DNA of 64,000 nt from an uncultured Anaerolineales bacterium (GCA_964588925.1 CAZPTI010000004.1:633-64632); one strand, 5' to 3'; positions 47,001-55,486 are shown, counted from the stretch's first letter. A program made the numbers and translations. The notes: generated by a model not told the origin, from the sequence alone.

Positions 47001-48698
47001 TACAACTCGACCTACGGTGCGACCTTCCAGGTCAACGGCCCCGATGCCGGCCTGGTCCAGATCTTCGACACGAGCTTCACCTTCAAGACCCTCTCTGGCG
47101 GCGCGAACGGGCCTTCGATAACTATGCCGATGCAGCCGAAGCAGATCCAGGATGAGATGGGTGAGGCGTTCGATCACGACTACGGCCGCATGAGCGGTTT
47201 CCTCGGCGTGGAGTCGCCCAACCCGCAGGCCGGCGTGCAGAACATGATCCTGTACCCGTACGTCAACCCGGTCAGCGAACTGATCGACATGACGAACCTG
47301 CCGCTGGGCGACGCGCCCGTTGTTACGCCGATTGCGTCGGCGAGCGACGGTACGCAGATCTGGAAGATCACGCACAATGGCGTGGACACCCATCCAATCC
47401 ACTTCCACCTCTACGACGTGCAGTTGATCAATCGGGTCGGCTGGGATGGCATTATCCGCAAGCCCGACTCGAACGAACTCGGCTGGAAGGACACCGTCCG
47501 CATCAGCCCGCTCGAAGACACGGTCGTCGCGCTGCGGCCCGTCCGTCCCGTGGCCCCCTTCGACCTGCCGAACAGCGTCCGCCGCCTGAACCCGGCGCAG
47601 CCGCTCGGCTCACAGCTTGGCTTCAATAATCAGGACCTGTTCGGCGAGCCGACTTCGCCCATCACGAACGACATCGTGAACTTCGGATGGGAGTACGTCT
47701 GGCACTGCCATATCCTGAGCCATGAAGAGATGGACATGATGCGCCCCCAGGCGGCAGCTGTGCCACCGCGGGCGCCGAGCGCGCTTACGCCGACGCAGGT
47801 TGCGGAGGGCGTGGACCTGACCTGGGCCGACAACTCGAAGAACGAGACCAGCTTCGTCGTGCAGCGGGCGGCTGCCGCCGACGGCCCGTGGACTGACCTC
47901 GCCACGCTCGCGCCGAATATCAGCGCGTATTTAGACGCCACGGCGATTGTCGGACAAACCTACTTCTACCAGGTTGTCGCCTACAACAAGGCCGGCTATG
48001 CGGGTCCCGCCGCGCAGCCGGGCGCGTACCCCACGCTGACTGTGTCAAGCCTGTCCAACGTAGCGCAGATCACGTTGGACGCGCCGCCGCCCGCCGCGCC
48101 CGACAACCTGACGGCTACAGCGCAGGACGGCCCCGCGGTCCTGCTGGCGTGGAACGACAACGCCACAACGGAAACCGGCTTCATCGTGCAGCGGTGCGCG
48201 GGCGCGGACTGCATCAACTTCGCCGATATCGCGGCGCCCGGCGCATCTGCCGGAACCGGCCCGGTGAACTACACCGATACCAATGTAACCCCCGGCGCAA
48301 CCTATCGCTATCAGGTCGCCGCAGTCAACTCGGGCGGGCAGTCTGCGTGGTCCAACATCGCATCGGTCTATGTCCCGAATCCGCCGGCCCCGCCCATCAA
48401 TGCGGTCGTGGCCTGCCGGCGCGTCGGCACATCCGCCCGGTGCGCCGTGACGTTCACCGACAACTCAACCAACGAAACTGGCTTCACCGTCCAGCGATCC
48501 CGCAACCCCAGCTTCGTCGGTGGCGGGTTCACCAGCGTGAACCTCCCCGCGCGCGCTGGCACAGGCGCGCTGATCACCTGGGAGCCGGGCACGAACCTGC
48601 CGCGGAACACGGACCACTACTTCCGTGTCCGCTCCTTCAACGCAGACGGGACGTCGGTCTGGGTTAACGCCCAGCCGTTCCCGATTCGGACGCCGTAG
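44073..48698 (+). CDS. giant secreted multicopper oxidase with three C-terminal Fn3 domains
   Basis: 1541 aa. Signal peptide. All four MCO copper motifs are present: LHLHGG (about residue 477), YHDHA (about 571), HPIHFHL (about 1106), WHCHILSHEEMDMM (about 1211). Three W-DNS/T-NETGF-VQR Fn3 units at the C-terminus. Confidence 0.9.
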   Translation: MRWRKTTHLIVLVSVALSLLMSGSATAAVQRPEPGGGQVTRYAEKVEKIKTKKEQRLKQKDRDAAAARALQKGALNPLMRGTKSGMPKGADAVALAAVAPHYFSHPNYANSPLPTVSQDAPLAYGNAPLAAAAASDTVNTFVVLTAAPLLADLPGTDGYLTAFEVWNQPLTAGVASAGKQFHAYVLRPTAVADLYTVVFDSGLLTVPPLVNPAGDLVTYAVANLPVKKGDVLAFYGQGVPVSTGSGTDWVSVPPVNAPPLQDSVIELGGKVYPANGGARTYSFRGQVLDADAVTVTGGIRKFVDGLPGLTSAGANNLGQYVSVATADTAAYSGSDYYEIGLVQYREKMHSDLPPTLLRGYVQLAGKTPCAAETVELFNAPLDPNAPPASTGWCGVDNPHYLGATIAATRDRPVRILFRNLLPTGAGGNLFIPTDITVMGAGMGPSMWGMPETDPQEPTCGLDPKPAGCYTENRAVLHLHGGRTPWISDGTPHQWISPFGERPHLTDNGSPLENKGDSVSYVPDMWYDASGNMIASCAGQTTCAVAGATNYPGEGSQTYYYTNQQSARLLFYHDHAWGITRLNVYAGEAAGYLIADDVEQMLLDQGILPPADDTIPLVIQDKTFVPSAEQLAATDETWDSAKWGGEGNLWLPHVYSPAQNPGDSSGVNQYGRWAYGPWFWPPTNNILYPPVANPYYEADCDPEETWCEPPQMPGTPFNSMGMEAFHDTPLVNGTAYPTITVDPKAYRFRVLNAASDRFLNLSLYTAVDADGVPCDAENPNPAPESTGVACTEAPLNPDEVAAALADSTIFPTPLAGTEGPDWIQFGTEGGFLPAPVAIPAQPTTWVNDPTVFNAGNVDLHSLLLGPAERADAVVDFSAFAGHTLILYNDAPAAFPARDPRYDYYTGNGDYRDTGGAPSTLRGYGPNIRTVMQIKVAAVTPALAYDVAALEDAFKSKSLGGLGVFEDGQDPIIVGQGAYNSTYGATFQVNGPDAGLVQIFDTSFTFKTLSGGANGPSITMPMQPKQIQDEMGEAFDHDYGRMSGFLGVESPNPQAGVQNMILYPYVNPVSELIDMTNLPLGDAPVVTPIASASDGTQIWKITHNGVDTHPIHFHLYDVQLINRVGWDGIIRKPDSNELGWKDTVRISPLEDTVVALRPVRPVAPFDLPNSVRRLNPAQPLGSQLGFNNQDLFGEPTSPITNDIVNFGWEYVWHCHILSHEEMDMMRPQAAAVPPRAPSALTPTQVAEGVDLTWADNSKNETSFVVQRAAAADGPWTDLATLAPNISAYLDATAIVGQTYFYQVVAYNKAGYAGPAAQPGAYPTLTVSSLSNVAQITLDAPPPAAPDNLTATAQDGPAVLLAWNDNATTETGFIVQRCAGADCINFADIAAPGASAGTGPVNYTDTNVTPGATYRYQVAAVNSGGQSAWSNIASVYVPNPPAPPINAVVACRRVGTSARCAVTFTDNSTNETGFTVQRSRNPSFVGGGFTSVNLPARAGTGALITWEPGTNLPRNTDHYFRVRSFNADGTSVWVNAQPFPIRTP

Positions 48699-48713
48699 CT
48701 GTAACGGCTGGCC

Positions 48714-48751
48714 GAGACAGGGGGAGGGCAAACTCTCCCTCCCCCTGTCTC
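48714..48751 (+). terminator. 15-bp perfect hairpin after the MCO gene (attenuator/terminator candidate)
   Basis: GAGACAGGGGGAGGG-CAAACTCT-CCCTCCCCCTGTCTC. No T-tract. Confidence 0.5.
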
Positions 48752-48777
48752 TCACACTACGCGGGTGATCGTGCGCA

Positions 48778-49470
48778 ATGGCGGGACACAAGACAATCCG
48801 GCTAATCGCATCCCTTCTGGCGCTCGCCGCGCTTCTTGCGCTGACCCGCGCAACGCGGGCTGTGGCCGCACCCGACTTGACCACCGGCGTTGTCTACAGC
48901 CAGCCTCCCAAATCCAGCGGGGGTGTCTTGCTGTCATCCCTGCGCGACCCCGATGGCAGCGCCACTGACCAGTGGGTCTGGGACGGGTTCATCTTTTCTT
49001 CCGCGCAGACCATCACCGAGATACGGTGGCGCGGCGCATACGACCCGAGTCGTTTTGGCTCGGGCGGTCGCGTATTCGACTTTGTCGTCGACATTTACCC
49101 TTCCAACGCGAACGGATCGCAACCGGACGTCGCGCACCCGCCCCTTGCGCATTACGAAGTGGGCGGCAACGCGGGCGAGGTCGCGGCAGACGTTTTGGCC
49201 GGGGTCCAAACATACGATTATCGTTTTGCGTTGCCTGCGCCGTTTGAGGCCGCAGGTCAGAAGAAATACTGGGTGCAGATCGAGGCGTATCAGGCCGGCG
49301 CGCCCGATTGGGGCCTTTCCTCCGCGGCCGGCGGTGACGGCTATTACTTTCGCCGCATCCCGGGCCAGGGTGCGAACTACCAGCTTCTTGCCGGCGACGC
49401 GGCGTTCTCCCTGCTCGGCCCGCGCCCCGACGACCGTAAGGTCTACCTGCCGGTGTCTCTCTCATCGTAG
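48778..49470 (+). CDS. secreted protein, uncharacterised domain (paralog 1)
   Basis: 230 aa. Signal peptide. Blocks QPPKSSGG, RWRGAYDP, GVQTYDYRFALPAPFEAA and YWVQIEAYQAGAPDWG are shared with the next gene. Confidence 0.8.
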   Translation: MAGHKTIRLIASLLALAALLALTRATRAVAAPDLTTGVVYSQPPKSSGGVLLSSLRDPDGSATDQWVWDGFIFSSAQTITEIRWRGAYDPSRFGSGGRVFDFVVDIYPSNANGSQPDVAHPPLAHYEVGGNAGEVAADVLAGVQTYDYRFALPAPFEAAGQKKYWVQIEAYQAGAPDWGLSSAAGGDGYYFRRIPGQGANYQLLAGDAAFSLLGPRPDDRKVYLPVSLSS

Positions 49471-49484
49471 CATCAGGAGGGGTG

Positions 49485-50591
49485 ATGGTTTCCAGGGTTT
49501 TGCGTGTGATCGCGTTGCTTGTGTTGGCTCTTGCCGTGGTTTCGTGCAAGGGCGACAGGCCGCGCGAAGCAACGTCGAAAGCCGCGCTGGAGAGCGCCTC
49601 GCAGCCGCGTACTCCTGTTGCGGCTGAAGCCGCGGCAACCCCGACTGTTGCGCTGCCCGCGGTCGCGCTGCGGCAACCACCCAAGTCGAATGGCGGCATC
49701 ATCCCGTCTGCCTGGCGGCAACCCGAAGGGAGCGCACGCGACCGGTCGGTGTGGGACAACTTCCTGTTTGAAACCCCGCACACGCTTACCGAAGTCCGTT
49801 GGCGCGGCGCGTATGACCCTGCAAACCAGGGCGCGGGCGGTCCAGTGGTGAACTTCACGGTCGACATCTATGGTTCCATCCCCACCGGCAGCGAGCCGAA
49901 CCTCGCCGAAGCGCCCCTGGTTCACTACGTCGTGGGCGACAACGCGGGGGAGCAGCCCGCGGAGAAGGTGCGCGGCGTCCAGACCTACGAGTACCGCTAC
50001 GCTCTGCCGCAGCCGTTCGAGGCCGCCGCGCTCAAGTCCTACTGGGTGCAGATCGTCGCGTTTCAGAACGGCGACCCCGATTGGGGCTTCGCGGTCGGCT
50101 CGCTGGGCGACGGCCGGCATTTCCGAATAAGCGGCGCGGCCGGCGAGGGTTACTACCATCAACTCGCGCCAGACGACGTAGCGCTGGAGCTGGTCGCCCT
50201 CGGCGAGGGCGTCCCGACCCCGGCCCCTGATGTCGCGCGTTCGCTCGAGGAGATCGAGCAGCAGATGGCGAACCTGCCGCCGTCGGAGGAAATCCCCGTC
50301 AACGCGCAGGGGGTGCAGGAGGTCATGCTCGTCGTCTCTCGCAGCGGCTACACCCCCGTCCACTTCTCGGTAAAGGTCGGCGTGCCCGTCAAACTCACCT
50401 TCCGGCAGCTCGGCTACGTGCCCGGCGGCAACGAGTTGAACGTTCGGTGGGGTCCGCAGGAAATGACGTACATCATGCTCTCTTCGATCACCGACAAGAA
50501 GGTGCTGGAGTTTACGCCCAGGTTGCCCGGCGATTATCGCTTTAGCTGCCCGCACGAATGGTACTGGGGTGTCATGGCCGTGCGAGAGTAG
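49485..50591 (+). CDS. lipoprotein: same uncharacterised domain (paralog 2) plus C-terminal cupredoxin-like domain
   Basis: AGGAGG RBS. Lipobox-like LAVVSC. Blocks QPPKSNGG, RWRGAYDP, GVQTYEYRYALPQPFEAA, YWVQIVAFQNGDPDWG. The C-terminus (YTPVHFSVKVGVPVKLTF...GDYRFSCPHEWYWGVMAV) resembles the small cupredoxin_1 fold. Confidence 0.8.
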   Translation: MVSRVLRVIALLVLALAVVSCKGDRPREATSKAALESASQPRTPVAAEAAATPTVALPAVALRQPPKSNGGIIPSAWRQPEGSARDRSVWDNFLFETPHTLTEVRWRGAYDPANQGAGGPVVNFTVDIYGSIPTGSEPNLAEAPLVHYVVGDNAGEQPAEKVRGVQTYEYRYALPQPFEAAALKSYWVQIVAFQNGDPDWGFAVGSLGDGRHFRISGAAGEGYYHQLAPDDVALELVALGEGVPTPAPDVARSLEEIEQQMANLPPSEEIPVNAQGVQEVMLVVSRSGYTPVHFSVKVGVPVKLTFRQLGYVPGGNELNVRWGPQEMTYIMLSSITDKKVLEFTPRLPGDYRFSCPHEWYWGVMAVRE

Positions 50592-50629
50592 CTCCGGTTG
50601 ATCGCCCACTCATATCATGGAGGAAGCAG

Positions 50630-51064
50630 ATGCATAAGTTCTTTGGCGCTGTAATGGTTCTTCTCGCGCTGGCGCTGGCAATCGCGCCGATCTTCACTGA
50701 TTGCGAGTCGCACGGCAAGATGCTGACCACGGCGGACGGCCGCAGCATCTCGATGAAGTGTCATTGGGCGGGCATCGCCGAAATTGCGTCCGCTGTTCCG
50801 CTGGGCCTGGCGGGCATCGCCGCGCTCCGCGCGCGGCGCAAGGAGACGCTGCGCTTTGCGGGCATCGTCGGCGCGGCTGCGGCCGCGATGGCCCTCCTCA
50901 TCCCGACCGTCCTGATCGGCACGTGCGCAAATCCCATGATGGTCTGCAATCTGCTCATGAAGCCCACGCTGCTCGCTTCGGGCATCCTCGCGATCATCGC
51001 CAGCCTCGCGCTGATCGTCGTCGCCCGCGAGCCGAAGCCGGCGTTCGTCGGAGCAGCCGCATGA
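50630..51064 (+). CDS. DUF4418-like Cys-rich small membrane protein
   Basis: 144 aa, 4 TM. CHW motif (SMKCHWAG) plus TDCESHG and CANPMMVC. GGAGGA RBS. Family assignment is from memory. Confidence 0.75.
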   Translation: MHKFFGAVMVLLALALAIAPIFTDCESHGKMLTTADGRSISMKCHWAGIAEIASAVPLGLAGIAALRARRKETLRFAGIVGAAAAAMALLIPTVLIGTCANPMMVCNLLMKPTLLASGILAIIASLALIVVAREPKPAFVGAAA

Positions 51065-52254
51065 GCCTGTTGCAGCTTGCCTGGAAGAGCATTTCGGGCA
51101 ACGGGCTGCGCAGTTGGGTCGTGGCCCTGGCCGCCCTCGTGGTCGCCGCGTTCGCACTGTTCGGCACGCTGCTGCTGCGTGGCGCGGCGACGAGCCTCGA
51201 ATTGGCTGCGGAGCGCCTCGGCGCGGACATCGTGGTCGTGCCAGAGAGCGCGCAGACCGCGATGGAGGGCGCGCTGCTCATGGGTTCGCCCGCCAGCTTC
51301 TGGATGCCAGCCGAAAACGTCGCGGAGCTAGCCACCGTGCCCGGTGTCGAAGCGGTGTCGCCGCAGGTGTATCTCGCCACCCTCGTGGGAGCTGCCTGCT
51401 GCTCCGCATCTGAGATGTTTATGGTCGCATACGATCCCGAAAGCGACTTCACGATCCGACCCTGGCTGGAAGAGCGCATGCCCTCTGGCCTCGGGCCGGG
51501 CGAGGTCATCGGCGGCGACTATATCTCGGCCACCGAGGGGAAGGACGGCATCCTCGTCTACGGCAGCCTCGTCAGGCTCAAGGGCAACCTTGAGCCGACA
51601 GGCAGCGGCCTTGATCAGACCCTCTTCTTCACGATGGACACCGCGCAGCAACTCGCGGTCAGCTCGTTTGTCGAGGCCGAGGAGCCGCTCGTCATCCCCC
51701 AGGGGCAGGTGTCTGCCGTCCTGATCAAGCTCGCGCCCGGCGCGGACGCGGAGAAGGTGGCGGTTGACATCCTGCGCACCGTGCCCGGCGTCTTTCCCAT
51801 CGAAAGCGCCAACCTGTTCCAGTCCTCGCGCGCCCAGCTTAACAGCCTGCTCAACACGGTCGTTATCCTGATGGCGCTGATTTGGCCGCTCGCGATCGTG
51901 CTGATCGGCATGGTCTACCTGATGGCGGCCAACGAGCGCCGCCGCGAGCTGGGCATGCTACGCGCGCTCGGCGCCACCCGGGGCTTCATCGCGCGGTCGC
52001 TACTTGTCGAGGCCGGTCTGCTGGCGTTCATCGGCGCAGCCATCGGCCTGTTTCTCGCCGCGCTGGCAATCTATCTCTTCCGCCGGCTGATTATGACCTC
52101 GCTGGGCGTCCCGTTCCTCCTGCCGTCGCCCGGCGCGTTAGCCGTTCAGATCGGCGTCGGGCTGCTGCTCGCAATGGCGAGCGTGTTCCTCGCCGCGCTG
52201 CTGCCGGCCATCAAGGTAAGCCGCCAGGACCCGGCTGTCGCGATGCGGGAGTAG
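51061..52254 (+). CDS. ABC transporter permease, FtsX/MacB type
   Basis: 397 aa. ATGA overlap with the upstream stop. N-terminal TM, extracytoplasmic domain, 3 C-terminal TM with RELGMLRALGA. Confidence 0.9.
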   Translation: MSLLQLAWKSISGNGLRSWVVALAALVVAAFALFGTLLLRGAATSLELAAERLGADIVVVPESAQTAMEGALLMGSPASFWMPAENVAELATVPGVEAVSPQVYLATLVGAACCSASEMFMVAYDPESDFTIRPWLEERMPSGLGPGEVIGGDYISATEGKDGILVYGSLVRLKGNLEPTGSGLDQTLFFTMDTAQQLAVSSFVEAEEPLVIPQGQVSAVLIKLAPGADAEKVAVDILRTVPGVFPIESANLFQSSRAQLNSLLNTVVILMALIWPLAIVLIGMVYLMAANERRRELGMLRALGATRGFIARSLLVEAGLLAFIGAAIGLFLAALAIYLFRRLIMTSLGVPFLLPSPGALAVQIGVGLLLAMASVFLAALLPAIKVSRQDPAVAMRE

Positions 52255-52259
52255 TGGCG

Positions 52260-52985
52260 ATGGCGAGCATCGCAATGCAAGGCAACGTTATGATCAAGCT
52301 GGAAAGCGCTTCCAAGACATACGATCTGGGCAAGGGCGCGTTCGTCACCGCAGCGCGCGACGTAAGCCTGGAGATCGCCGGGGGTGAGTTCGCGGTCATC
52401 GTCGGCCGCTCCGGTTCAGGCAAAACCACCGTGCTCAACCTGGCCGCGGGACTCACGCGCCCCACCTCCGGCCGCATCATGCTGGACGGAGTCGACCTGT
52501 GGAAGCTCACCGACGAGCAGCAGTCCGCGCTGCGGAACCAGAAGATCGGCTTCGTCTTCCAGTTCCCCAGCCTCCTTCCGACACTCACCGTGTTGGAGAA
52601 CGTCTTCTTGCCGACCACATTCGGCAGGAACGGCGCGCGTCGAGACGCGCGCAGCCGCGCGGCTGACTTGCTCGAACAGGTCGGGCTGTCCGACAAGCTG
52701 AACGTCTACCCGCGGCAGCTATCCGCCGGCCAGCAGCAGCGCGTCGTCATCGCGCGTTCGCTCATCAACCGGCCGCAGATCCTGTTGGCCGACGAGCCGA
52801 CGAGCAACCTGGACGAGCGGACCGAGACCGAAATCATCGCTTTGTTCCGCGGGCTGCACGTCAGCCTTGGCGTAACCGTCCTGCTCGTGACGCACACGCG
52901 CCAGCTTGTGTCGACGGGGATGCGCGCAATCGAGATGGCCGAGGGTCGTATAGTGGAAGCCATGCCGGCTCCCGCAATGGCCTGA
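52260..52985 (+). CDS. ABC transporter ATP-binding protein
   Basis: Walker A GRSGSGKTT, signature LSAGQQQRVVIARSL, Walker B ILLADEPT. Alternative start at ATG 52290. Confidence 0.9.
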   Translation: MASIAMQGNVMIKLESASKTYDLGKGAFVTAARDVSLEIAGGEFAVIVGRSGSGKTTVLNLAAGLTRPTSGRIMLDGVDLWKLTDEQQSALRNQKIGFVFQFPSLLPTLTVLENVFLPTTFGRNGARRDARSRAADLLEQVGLSDKLNVYPRQLSAGQQQRVVIARSLINRPQILLADEPTSNLDERTETEIIALFRGLHVSLGVTVLLVTHTRQLVSTGMRAIEMAEGRIVEAMPAPAMA

Positions 52986-53056
52986 CGGTCAACACAGGCG
53001 CGTCCATGTCACGCGGGCCGGCTGACCGTGAGAAATACCGGATAGTGGAGTGCTTT

Positions 53057-55486
53057 ATGAACCCGTCCAGCGTTTTTCGGAGGCGGTTTGAACCGTTTCG
53101 TCTCCGGCCAGGCAAAGTCCTGCTCGTCGCGATCCTGCTGCTCGTCGTCGCAGGCAACGCCGTCGCGGCCGTCCCGTCTGCCGTAACCCCCGTCGATGGT
53201 CGCGGCGCAGAGGCACGCGGTCCCCGTCTCATCGTCGAGAATGTCGGCCAGTTTGCGCCCGAGGCGCGTTTCACCCTTGCGCACGGCAAGCAGCGTATCT
53301 GGCTGACCGACGACGCCATCTGGCTCGTCTCCTCCGCCCCGAGCTCGGACGCGAAACAGAACGCGCCGCGCGCTGCGTCTGCCGCGCAAACCGCCACGGC
53401 CTGGCGCTTCACCTTCCCCGGCGCGAACCCCGCCGCGCAGCCTCAGCCGTTCGGACGCTCGAACGCTCACGTCTCTTACTTTATCGGCAACGATCCGGCG
53501 CGTTGGCGGTCGGATGCGCCTGTATGGTCGGGCGTGCGCTATCGCGACCTTTACCCCGGCGTCGATCTCATCGTCGGCGACAATGCGGCCGGGCTTGTTC
53601 CCTGGCGCCTGGAGGCGCGACCGGGCGCGAATCTGGCGGCCGTGGCGCTGAAAGTCGAAGGTTCTGAAGTTACCGCGGCCGCGGGACAACTGCGTCTCGA
53701 AGGCCACGGCCAAACAGTTGACCTGCTCGCGCCCACATGGGCCATAGCAGGGCAGCGTGACCTGCTCGCCAGTAGTGTGTCCGTTCAGCCCGGCGCGATC
53801 ACCCTTGCGCCCGCGGCCGCCCTATCTGTCGATCTGCTTGTCCCCGCAGCAACGCCTGACGCAGGCGACCTGGTCTACAGCCGATTGACGGGCGGTTCCG
53901 CGCTCGACGCAGGCTATGGGATCGCGGTCGACTACGCAGGCAACGCCTACGTGACCGGCGAGGTCGCGTCGAGCAACTTCCCCGTGGTCGCGGGCAGCTA
54001 CGACACGACCTATGGCGGCTCCACCGATGCGTTTGTCGCTAAGTACAACTCCGGCGCAACGTCGCTCGTCTACGCAACTTATCTCGGCGGCTCCAGCCTC
54101 GACCTCGGCTTTGGCGTCGCGGTCAACGGCAGCCTGGCCTATGTCGTGGGCGAAACCAGCTCGACGAACTTCCCCGGCACGAGCGGGTCGAGCGGCGAGA
54201 GCGACATCTTTGTCGTCAGCCTGAACGCGACCGGCTCGGCCATGCGCTACACCACGCTGATCGGCGGGGCAGACTACGATATGGCCGGCGGCATTGCCCT
54301 CTGGGGGCCGGATGCCTATATTGTCGGCAGCACCGACTCCTCCAACCTCAGCGGCAGCGGTTGCGCGGGGATCGCCTCGCGTGACCTGGTAGTGGCGCGG
54401 CTCGGCGCGACCGGGATGCCTGTGTACACCCGCTGCTTTGGCGGCAGCGACCTCGACGCGGGCTACGGGATCGATGTTGCCAATGAGGTCGCCTATGTCA
54501 CTGGCGAAAGCTGGTCGCCCGATATAGTTCCTCCCGCGCCGCTCACAGGCGAAAACGACGTTCTCGTCGCGACGTTCACCGACAACGGCAGCTTGCAGGA
54601 CGTGGCGCTTATCGGCGGGGGCCAGGGAGACCAGGGCAACGGGATCGCGGCCGATGTGGATGCGAATGGCAACGGCTATATCTATGTTGTCGGCACGACA
54701 TCGTCTGATAGTTTTCCGCTCGCAGTCGGCTCCGGCCCCGACCCTGATGAAACGGACGCTGTCGTCCTGCGCGTCGGGCTCGAAATGTTTGCCCACGACT
54801 TTGCGGCCTACCTCGGCGGCAGCAGCGACGATGATGGCCGCGCCATCGCCGTGGACACCGTCGGTGGGTTATACGTCACGGGTTCCACGTTGTCAACCGA
54901 TTTCCCCACCACCGCGGGCGCCTACGACACCACGCAGAACCAGCGCACCGACGCGTTCGTCGCGCGCATGCACCTGAACAGCGCGGCCACGAACAGGGTG
55001 ACTTACGCCACTTATCTGGGCGGCAAAGGGGATGACACGGGTTACGGCGCGGCGACGGACACGGGCGGACACGCATTCGTGGCTGGCTCAAGTGGAGGGC
55101 AGGGCTTCCCCACCACAGTGGGTCCGTCACCCGCAGGGGACAGCGATTCGTTTGCGGCGAAGCTAAAAGTCAGCCAGCCGCCCGCCGCGCCCGTCGTAGC
55201 CATTGCGGCCAGCGGTTCCGATGCCAAACTAACCTGGCCCACAGTGTCCGGCGCGGTTAAGTATCAGGTGTTTCGCGGCCCTGCGCCCTACTTCAAGCCG
55301 GGCGACTGGGGGAGCGCGCTCTTGCTTCCGGAGCCAGTTACCGGCGAGTATCTTGATGTTGACGCGCTGGCGCAGCTCGACGGCTACTTCTATGAGGTGA
55401 AGTCCGTCAGCGCTGCGCCGGAACATGCCAGCGCCAGCTCAAACGGCGTGGGCAAGTTCGTCTTTCAACTGCAAAGGGGCAACTAA
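53057..55486 (+). CDS. secreted SBBP beta-propeller-repeat protein with C-terminal Fn3-like module
   Basis: Signal anchor. Seven or more repeats of the DxGxGIAVDxxGNxYVTGxTxSxxFP type. C-terminal KLTWPTVSGAVKYQVFRGPAPYF...VGKFVFQLQRGN. Confidence 0.85.
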   Translation: MNPSSVFRRRFEPFRLRPGKVLLVAILLLVVAGNAVAAVPSAVTPVDGRGAEARGPRLIVENVGQFAPEARFTLAHGKQRIWLTDDAIWLVSSAPSSDAKQNAPRAASAAQTATAWRFTFPGANPAAQPQPFGRSNAHVSYFIGNDPARWRSDAPVWSGVRYRDLYPGVDLIVGDNAAGLVPWRLEARPGANLAAVALKVEGSEVTAAAGQLRLEGHGQTVDLLAPTWAIAGQRDLLASSVSVQPGAITLAPAAALSVDLLVPAATPDAGDLVYSRLTGGSALDAGYGIAVDYAGNAYVTGEVASSNFPVVAGSYDTTYGGSTDAFVAKYNSGATSLVYATYLGGSSLDLGFGVAVNGSLAYVVGETSSTNFPGTSGSSGESDIFVVSLNATGSAMRYTTLIGGADYDMAGGIALWGPDAYIVGSTDSSNLSGSGCAGIASRDLVVARLGATGMPVYTRCFGGSDLDAGYGIDVANEVAYVTGESWSPDIVPPAPLTGENDVLVATFTDNGSLQDVALIGGGQGDQGNGIAADVDANGNGYIYVVGTTSSDSFPLAVGSGPDPDETDAVVLRVGLEMFAHDFAAYLGGSSDDDGRAIAVDTVGGLYVTGSTLSTDFPTTAGAYDTTQNQRTDAFVARMHLNSAATNRVTYATYLGGKGDDTGYGAATDTGGHAFVAGSSGGQGFPTTVGPSPAGDSDSFAAKLKVSQPPAAPVVAIAASGSDAKLTWPTVSGAVKYQVFRGPAPYFKPGDWGSALLLPEPVTGEYLDVDALAQLDGYFYEVKSVSAAPEHASASSNGVGKFVFQLQRGN

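Noticed and set aside
50701-51060. 120-aa N-terminal extension of the FtsX permease ORF (similar extensions at 51882-52259, 40791-40862, 35079-35192 and 53006-53056)
   Set aside because: The extensions overlap the preceding genes or lack coding character. Internal ATGs have an RBS or ATGA coupling and give canonical N-termini.
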